This document shows, one piece after another, positions 58,528-64,000 of a DNA stretch of 64,000 nt. Both the position numbers and the translations under genes were made by a program. Source of the DNA: Gammaproteobacteria bacterium (GTDB lineage Bacteria > Pseudomonadota > Gammaproteobacteria > JAABTG01); NCBI GenBank assembly GCA_017999615.1, contig JAGNLM010000001.1, positions 264,549 through 328,548 of the forward strand, given 5' to 3'. Under the pieces are notes generated by a model that was not told the origin of the DNA, ran no database searches, and saw only the letters and a list, made by a program, of their open reading frames with translations. Positions within the stretch are counted from its first letter, which is position 1; the number at the start of each line of letters is the position of its first letter.

Positions 58528-58575
58528 CTGACCGCTGCCGTCGGCCGGCGTGGGCCGGCCGACGTTACGGATGGC

Positions 58576-60120
58576 TTACGCGGGCTGCACGTCGTACAGG
58601 TCGCAGTCGCCCGGCATGCCGGGGCATGCACAGTTGCCGACGAAGATGTCCACGCTCTCGCCAGCCTCGATGTCCTCGATCGTCTGGTAAGCGCCGACAT
58701 CGCCGCCCGTCACGCCCTCGAGCTTGATCCAGAAGTTGGACTCGAGCTCGGGATGACCGGGGTTGTCATAGGCAAGCCACGTGGTGTTGTCGAACGCCAG
58801 GTAGGTGTCCACGCCGTTGTCCCACACCTCGATGCCGCGCTGGCCATTCGCTGCGGGGTTGTCGCTCAGCGCCTCGGTGCTCGAGACGAGGTCCGTTACG
58901 TCGTCGAGGCAAATCTTGTCGCCTGCCTCGAGGTCCTTGATGATGTCGTTGCCGTCCAGCCCCATCGTGATCTGGCCGTCTTCATAGCCGAACCACGAAA
59001 TGGTCGCGAAGCGGTAGACGAACGTGTCGGCACCGGCGCCGCCGGACACGTAGTCGTTGTCCGCGCCACCGCCAACCGTGTCGTTGCCGCCTGCGCCGTT
59101 GACGGTGTCCTGTCCGTCGCCGCCGCAGATGCAGTCGTCGTCTTCACTGCCGGTGATGTTGTCGTTGCCTCCGCCACCGGACACGATCTCGCCGTTGGTG
59201 ATGACGTCGTTCCCCTCGCCGCCCTCGATGATGTCGAAGCCGGCGCCGCCGTCCATCGTGTCGTTTCCGGCCTCACCGTACATCACGTCCTGGTCGGCGC
59301 CGCCGTACATCTTGTCGTCCTGGTCGCCGCCGTACATGGTGTCGTTGCCGGTGTCACCGTACATGGTGTCATAGCCGGTGCCACCGAACATCAGGTCACC
59401 GAGGGGCTTCTGGAGCGCATCCTCGCAGGGGTTGCACACGACCGACGTGAAGTCATTGGCGCCGCCATACATCAGGTCGTTGCCTTCCTCGCCGTACATG
59501 GTGTCCTGGCCGGCGTCGCCCTTCATGGTGTCGTTGCCGGTCTCACCCTCGAGGAGGTCGTCACCGCTGCCGCCCCAGATCTTGTCGTTGCCGGCGTCGC
59601 CGTGGACGGTGTCGTCGCCTGCCCCGCCCATCAGCACGTCGTTGTGCGAGCCACCGCTGATGAAGTCACTGCCGTTGTCGCCGGAGATGAAGTCGGTGCC
59701 GCGCTCGCCGAACAGGACGTCGTTGCCCTCGCCACCGTAGATGCTGTCACCGGAGAAGTCGTCGCCGTATCCCGACGGGAGTTTGTTGCCGTAAGGAACG
59801 GCGGCAAGGCCCAACTCGTCCGAATAGGCCTTCACCTCATTGACATACAGGCCGTAGCCGCCGTAGATGACGTCGTCACCGCCTTCGCCGTTCACGAAGT
59901 CGGCGGCGCCGCCCATGGCTGCCCAGTCGTTCGGGTTGGCGACGAAGTCGTCCAGCTCCTGGGTGCCGTACGGGGCGTTGTTGTAGGCATTCTCGAGCTG
60001 CGACAGGTTGTTGGAGCCATCCAGCACCACACCAAAGGTCGGGAGGAACCCATATCCCGGAATCACCCCGGAGGTGGTGTTGGCCTGATTGTTGAACAGC
60101 ACGAACTTCTGCAGTGCCAT
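58576..60120 (-). CDS. RTX calcium-binding beta-roll protein (T1SS substrate), ~20 GGxGxDxxx nonapeptide repeats
   Basis: MALQKFVLFNNQ.. (SD GAGGAAA precedes it), then many repeats of the type GGEGNDVLFGERGTDFISGDNGSDFISGGSHNDVLMGGAGDDTVHGDAGNDKIWGGSGDDLLEG.. and a C-terminal uncleaved secretion-signal region. No enzymatic domain is evident. The track start at 60414 is an over-extension. Confidence 0.85.
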   Translation of the reverse strand: MALQKFVLFNNQANTTSGVIPGYGFLPTFGVVLDGSNNLSQLENAYNNAPYGTQELDDFVANPNDWAAMGGAADFVNGEGGDDVIYGGYGLYVNEVKAYSDELGLAAVPYGNKLPSGYGDDFSGDSIYGGEGNDVLFGERGTDFISGDNGSDFISGGSHNDVLMGGAGDDTVHGDAGNDKIWGGSGDDLLEGETGNDTMKGDAGQDTMYGEEGNDLMYGGANDFTSVVCNPCEDALQKPLGDLMFGGTGYDTMYGDTGNDTMYGGDQDDKMYGGADQDVMYGEAGNDTMDGGAGFDIIEGGEGNDVITNGEIVSGGGGNDNITGSEDDDCICGGDGQDTVNGAGGNDTVGGGADNDYVSGGAGADTFVYRFATISWFGYEDGQITMGLDGNDIIKDLEAGDKICLDDVTDLVSSTEALSDNPAANGQRGIEVWDNGVDTYLAFDNTTWLAYDNPGHPELESNFWIKLEGVTGGDVGAYQTIEDIEAGESVDIFVGNCACPGMPGDCDLYDVQPA

Positions 60121-60583
60121 GGTCGATTTCCTCATGCGCAAAGTCTTGGACGTCCGCGAGACCCAGCGCCCCCCTCCGAAGCCCTTGTCAGGCTCCCGAT
60201 ACGCTCGGCAGCCTCTGTAGAAGGTGACTGGTTCGCTCCGCCGGAGAATGGTCCGTTGTTCGCCCAGAACTGGCGACCTGGACCGGTTCCCCGTCGCCCA
60301 TCCTTTGCAACAGTCGTGCCCGGTGCGCCGGGGCGCTGGAAACCCAGGGAATTCAAATGGGTTACGGGCTCGGGTGAGGGGTGGGAGGAGGCTGCTCGCG
60401 GGGAGTGTAAACAAGTTCGACAGCGTCCCCGCAGCCCGGCCCGACCGGGGGAAGCGATGGCCGCCCGGATCTGTGAGTCAGTTCCCATTTCAGGGGTCTT
60501 TCTGCCGCGGGCGACGTGTCCGGCGGCCTGCCGACACTGTAAATGTTTCCGACATAGGGAGACGAGGGGGCGCCGCGAAAATG

Positions 60584-60611
60584 GAAACGGGCGGTCACCC
60601 GGAGGGTGACC
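60584..60611 (-). terminator. Candidate terminator for the upstream (minus-strand) VPLPA-CTERM gene
   Basis: Perfect palindrome GGGCGGTCACCC-gga-GGGTGACCGCCC. On the minus strand it is followed by GTTTCCATTTTC. It lies ~190 nt beyond the gene's stop, so the association is moderate. Confidence 0.45.
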
Positions 60612-60798
60612 GCCCGCCCCTGCCTCCCCTGGCTCGAGCCACGAACCTTGCTACGCTGCCGACCCCCCTCGTCCTCGAGGGCCGGCCCTGCCGCTACACT
60701 ATCCGCGCAACGCTACCTTCCAGCCCGCCTGCGAGCCCGTTGCGATCCCCTTGCGCCAGGCGTCGTCCTTCCCGCGTGTGTCGTTCCAGCGCGTCATC

Positions 60799-61602
60799 CT
60801 AACCCGCCCGGCTCCGGCGCAGGGCGCCCAGCAGCCCGAGGGCCGAAAGGAAGAGCGGCAAGGCGGCCGGCACGGGCACGGGGCTGGCCTGCCACGTGAT
60901 GTCGCTGGTGTGCGAACCGTCGAAGGCATAATTTGTCCCGCCAACCTTGTTCGTATCGCCATACTCAAGGGTCTCTGAAAGCGTCCCGGAGTCTAGCTGG
61001 AGGTAAAGGGTATATAACTGGTCATAAACATGGGTCCCTGGCAGGGCATCGGTACGAAAGATCTCTGCGTTGATCTGCAGGTAACCGGAACCGGAGTCCT
61101 CGAACGGATTGGCGCCGTAGGAAGCGCTACCGAGGGATTTGACAGCGCCGTTTGTTCCGGGGTCGAGCTCCCAAAAGCTCTGGTCCTCCCAGACCACACC
61201 GGGTACCAGGGGCTGCACAAGGCCAGGGTTTTCGCCTCCAGCGCTGGTGGCGATGTTCGCATCACTCCGATAGAAGACCGGCATGGAATCGTTGTAGACG
61301 TTTGTCGGGGAGTACGGGGGGTTGTTCTCCTGCGCGAGGTAGCCGTTCAGTTTCAGGCTCACGACATCGTTCACGGTCCACTCAACGGAAGCGCCGGCCG
61401 CAGCAGCGTCCGAGAGGTTGAGCGTGAGCACGCCCGAGATGGGCACGGGGGTGTTGAACACAGCCGATGTCGAATCATAGAACCACGCACCGACACCCCC
61501 GGTGAACGTGAAATCAACTTCCACTGCTTGCGCCGCCTGCAGGGTGGCCAAGCTCAGACCGGCCGCCACGACGGCCCCGGTTAGCGTGCGTTTCGTGAAC
61601 AT
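60799..61602 (-). CDS. Secreted protein with a C-terminal VPLPA/PEP-CTERM-like sorting domain
   Basis: Signal peptide MFTKRTLTGAVVAAGLSLATLQAAQA, then a beta-rich body. The C-terminus is ..ASPVPVPAALPLFLSALGLLGALRRSRAG (P-rich motif + TM + Arg cluster). The track ORF start at 61980 over-extends into the tRNA. Confidence 0.6.
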   Translation of the reverse strand: MFTKRTLTGAVVAAGLSLATLQAAQAVEVDFTFTGGVGAWFYDSTSAVFNTPVPISGVLTLNLSDAAAAGASVEWTVNDVVSLKLNGYLAQENNPPYSPTNVYNDSMPVFYRSDANIATSAGGENPGLVQPLVPGVVWEDQSFWELDPGTNGAVKSLGSASYGANPFEDSGSGYLQINAEIFRTDALPGTHVYDQLYTLYLQLDSGTLSETLEYGDTNKVGGTNYAFDGSHTSDITWQASPVPVPAALPLFLSALGLLGALRRSRAG

Positions 61603-61936
61603 CGCTGAGACTCCCTGGGTTCTGGGTGGTTGGCTCGATGCAGTTTGACGAGGGTCGAGTGCAGTCGCCAGGATGCGGTCGGGCCGAAGCATTTCCCGTG
61701 CCTGATGGCGCCCAACCCGCGGAGACTCAGCCATTTGACATAGGCGAGGGTTCGGCCCCGCCCCGTCGGGGTCGCCGGCTGTAAAGTCCACCGACAAGCC
61801 CGTGTTCCCGGGCGCGGGGAGAGGAGGGGAGCGCTCGACGCGCCGAGCACCCGAGGCCGAGCGCCGGGAGGGGAGATCGAGGGGGTGAGGAAGAGCCGGC
61901 CCCGACTCAGGGGCGCGACCGCCGCAGGGCTGCGGT

Positions 61937-62023
61937 TGGTGCCGGAGAGAGGACTTGAACCTCCACGGGGTTACCCCCACTAGTACCTGAAACTAGCGCG
62001 TCTACCAATTCCGCCACCCCGGC
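61937..62023 (-). tRNA. tRNA-Leu (anticodon CAG), class II with long variable arm
   Basis: Minus-strand sequence GCCGGGGTGGCGGAATTGGTAGACGCGCTAGTTTCAGGTACTAGTGGGGGTAACCCCGTGGAGGTTCAAGTCCTCTCTCCGGCACCA. The 7-bp acceptor stem (one G-U), the 5-bp anticodon stem CTAGT/ACTAG with loop TTCAGGT (anticodon CAG), the long variable arm, the TPsiC loop TTCAAGT and the encoded CCA all fit. Confidence 0.88.
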
Positions 62024-62087
62024 AGGTGCGGTCTCCCCTTGCAGGGAGGGCAGAAAATGTACTGTCCACCCCCGGGGTTGTCAACGG

Positions 62088-62209
62088 AAAATGGGGACAT
62101 TCTGGTTTTCCCGCAGGCCAACGCCGCTGCGGGTCTCCAGAGGGCCCTGGTGTGGTCCCTGGGGCCCGCGGCCCGCCTCGCGCTCCCGGAATGCAGAATG
62201 TCCCCATTT
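62088..62209. mobile_element. MITE-like element with terminal inverted repeats, copy 2 (intergenic, between tRNA-Leu and rnr)
   Basis: AAAATGGGGACATTCTGGTTTTCC ... GCAGAATGTCCCCATTTCC. Its termini are identical to the copy inside the UvrA-like gene. The interior is divergent and GC-rich. Confidence 0.8.
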
Positions 62210-62257
62210 CCGTAAGCGGGCCCTACAATGCGCCCCTGCCCCCCGGAGGAACCCCCC

Positions 62258-64000
62258 GTGACCCGCAAGACGCGCCGCCAGGAAGACACCTGGCGCGAGG
62301 CCGACGCCCACCTCGGCCGGGAGACCCGGCTCTACGAGCGGCCGATCCCCAGCCGTGAGTTCGTCATCGAGCACCTGAAGGCGGCCGGCAAGCCCCGGAC
62401 CCGGGAGCGGCTGGCCACGGAGCTCGGGCTCGACGAGTACGAGAGCGACGCGCTCCAGCGCCGTCTCGACGCGATGGTCCGGGACGGCCAACTGGTCCGC
62501 AACCGCCGCGAGGGGTACCTGCTCGTCAACCGCACCGATCTGGTCTCGGGGCGGGTCATCGGACACCCGGACGGCTACGGCTTCCTGGTTCCCGACGACG
62601 CCAGCGCGGACCTGTTCCTCTCGGCCCGGGAGATGCGGGGCCTCGTGCACGGCGACCGCGCGGTGGTCCGGGTCTCCGGGGTGGACCGGCGCGGGCGGCG
62701 CGAGGGGGCGCTGGTCGAGGTCATCGAGCGCAACACCCAGCAGGTGGTCGGCCGTCTCTTCGTGGAGAAGGGCGTCGCCTTCGTGGTCCCCGACAACTCG
62801 CGGGTGCGCCACGACATCCTGGTCCCGCCCCAGGACCTGCACGGGGCGAAGACCGGCCAGATCGTGGTCGCGGACCTGATCGAGCAGCCGACCCACCGGG
62901 CGCCCCCGCTCGGGCGCGTGGCCGAGGTCCTCGGCGACCACATGGGGCCGGGGATGGAGATCGACATCGCCATCCGCTCCCACGGCCTGCCGTTCACTTG
63001 GCCCGAGGGTGTGGAGGACGCGGCGGCCGGCTTCGGCCACACGGTGCCCGAGGCGGCACTCGCCGGGCGCAAGGACCTGCGTGCGCTCCCGCTCGTCACC
63101 ATCGACGGCGCGGATGCCAAGGACTTCGACGACGCCGTGCACTGCGAGCCCACGCCGAAGGGCTGGCGGCTCTACGTCGCCATCGCCGACGTATCGGCCT
63201 ACGTCCAGCCGGGCAGCACCATCGACGCCGAGGCGAGGAGCCGCGGCACCTCGGTCTACTTCCCGGGGCGTGTCATTCCCATGCTGCCCGAGGCCCTCTC
63301 GAACGGCCTCTGCTCCCTCAACCCCGAGGTCGACCGGCTGTGCATGGTCTGCGAGATGCTGGTCACCCGGGAGGGCGAGGTGACCCGCTCGCGCTTCTAC
63401 CCGGGCGTGATGCGGTCCCACGCCCGGCTCACCTACGACCAGGTCGCCGCCGCGCTGGTGGAGGGTGACCGAAAGGTGCGCCGGGAGCTCGGCGACCTGC
63501 TGCCGCACCTGGAGGAGCTCTACGCGCTCTTCCGGGCGCTGCGTGCGGCCCGGGAGGAGCGGGGCGCCATCGACTTCGAGAGCGTGGAGACCCGGATCGT
63601 CTTCGGCCCCGGCAAGAAGATCGAGCGGGTCGAGCCGGTGGAGCACAACGACGCCCACCGCCTGATCGAGGAATGCATGGTCGCGGCCAACATCTCCGCC
63701 GCGCGCTTTCTCGCCCGCCACAAGATGCCGGCGCTGTACCGCGTTCACGACGGGCCGACCCGGGAGAAGCTGGAGAGCCTGCGGGAGTTCCTGACCGAGT
63801 TGGGGCTGCGCCTCCGGGGCGGGGCTTCGCCGGAGCCGGGGCACTACGCGAAGCTCCTGGAGGAAGTGGGCCGGCGGCCCGACCGCCACCTGATCCAGAC
63901 CGTGATGCTCCGCTCGCTCGCCCAGGCGGTCTACAGCCCGGAGAACAACGGACACTTCGGGCTTGCGCTCGATGCCTACGCGCACTTCACCTCGCCCATC
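62258..64000 (+). CDS. rnr: Ribonuclease R (3'-truncated by the window edge)
   Basis: Not in the ORF track because there is no stop within the window. GTG start with SD GGAGGA 7 nt upstream. ..ERPIPSREFVIEHL.. (HTH), cold-shock domain ..GRVIGHPDGYGFLVPDD.., RNB domain ..DLRALPLVTIDGADAKDFDDAV.. ..NGHFGLALDAYAHFTSPI.. Confidence 0.88.
   Translation, partial: MTRKTRRQEDTWREADAHLGRETRLYERPIPSREFVIEHLKAAGKPRTRERLATELGLDEYESDALQRRLDAMVRDGQLVRNRREGYLLVNRTDLVSGRVIGHPDGYGFLVPDDASADLFLSAREMRGLVHGDRAVVRVSGVDRRGRREGALVEVIERNTQQVVGRLFVEKGVAFVVPDNSRVRHDILVPPQDLHGAKTGQIVVADLIEQPTHRAPPLGRVAEVLGDHMGPGMEIDIAIRSHGLPFTWPEGVEDAAAGFGHTVPEAALAGRKDLRALPLVTIDGADAKDFDDAVHCEPTPKGWRLYVAIADVSAYVQPGSTIDAEARSRGTSVYFPGRVIPMLPEALSNGLCSLNPEVDRLCMVCEMLVTREGEVTRSRFYPGVMRSHARLTYDQVAAALVEGDRKVRRELGDLLPHLEELYALFRALRAAREERGAIDFESVETRIVFGPGKKIERVEPVEHNDAHRLIEECMVAANISAARFLARHKMPALYRVHDGPTREKLESLREFLTELGLRLRGGASPEPGHYAKLLEEVGRRPDRHLIQTVMLRSLAQAVYSPENNGHFGLALDAYAHFTSPI

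Noticed and set aside
53635-60609. Plus-strand ORFs 53635..54864, 54645..56465, 58753..60609
   Set aside because: Antisense to the GT4, HlyD and RTX genes. The RTX antisense gives (V/A/G)-rich pseudo-repeats simply because the sense strand encodes GGxGxD repeats.
62081-63985. 634-aa minus-strand ORF
   Set aside because: Antisense to the RNase R frame. Its '..ENQNVPIFR' end is simply the MITE terminus read in reverse.

Overview
This is a high-GC (~67%) proteobacterial chromosomal window, mostly conserved housekeeping genes with several accessory insertions. Because of the GC content, many long stop-free frames in the six-frame track are antisense or out-of-frame artefacts. I called genes only where the translation shows recognisable conserved-family hallmarks or clear signal, lipobox or transmembrane features.

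Gene order, start to end:
- pta (5'-truncated) and ackA.
- gltA, then class-I fumA.
- A type-B (single diheme cytochrome b subunit) succinate dehydrogenase / fumarate reductase operon, CAB order.
- TRAP C4-dicarboxylate transporter dctPQM.
- NAD-malic enzyme carrying an odd Lys/Ala-rich N-terminal tail.
- Convergent RND efflux pair (periplasmic adaptor + RND permease).
- A divergent DUF3300 secreted protein with internal 12-aa tandem repeats.
- argE.
- A translationally coupled two-gene module: a GNAT fused to a papain/C39-like peptidase, followed by a RimK-like ATP-grasp with an RLAN N-domain.
- ptsP.
- The conserved mutL-miaA-hfq-hflX-hflK-hflC-(DUF2065)-hisZ-purA block.
- A large EF-hand-containing membrane protein with an Ala/Lys/Pro-rich tail, transcribed divergently from a 1963-aa tandem-duplicated UvrA-like ATPase (four ABC modules).
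- The sulfate ABC importer sbp-cysTWA on the minus strand, with cysC on the plus strand.
- A glycine-zipper lipoprotein and an orphan acidic protein.
- An island with a PrtD-type T1SS (ABC + HlyD), an RTX beta-roll protein and a GT4 glycosyltransferase, flanked by two secreted proteins with VPLPA/PEP-CTERM-like sorting tails.
- tRNA-Leu(CAG), then the 5' part of rnr.

Non-coding structure:
- A ~60-110 bp nested-palindrome REP-like element in three intergenic copies.
- A second MITE-like element with terminal inverted repeats (AAATGGGGACATTCTG) in two copies, one of them inserted in frame inside the UvrA-like gene.
- A (GCTCCC)8 hexanucleotide microsatellite at the start of sbp, an 11-bp x3 tandem repeat, and several intrinsic-terminator or attenuator hairpins.

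The best candidates for something not previously characterised:
- The GNAT-peptidase / RLAN-ATP-grasp pair, a predicted peptide-tagging or peptide-ligation module.
- The in-frame MITE within the tandem UvrA-like gene.
- The EF-hand membrane protein lying divergent to that gene.
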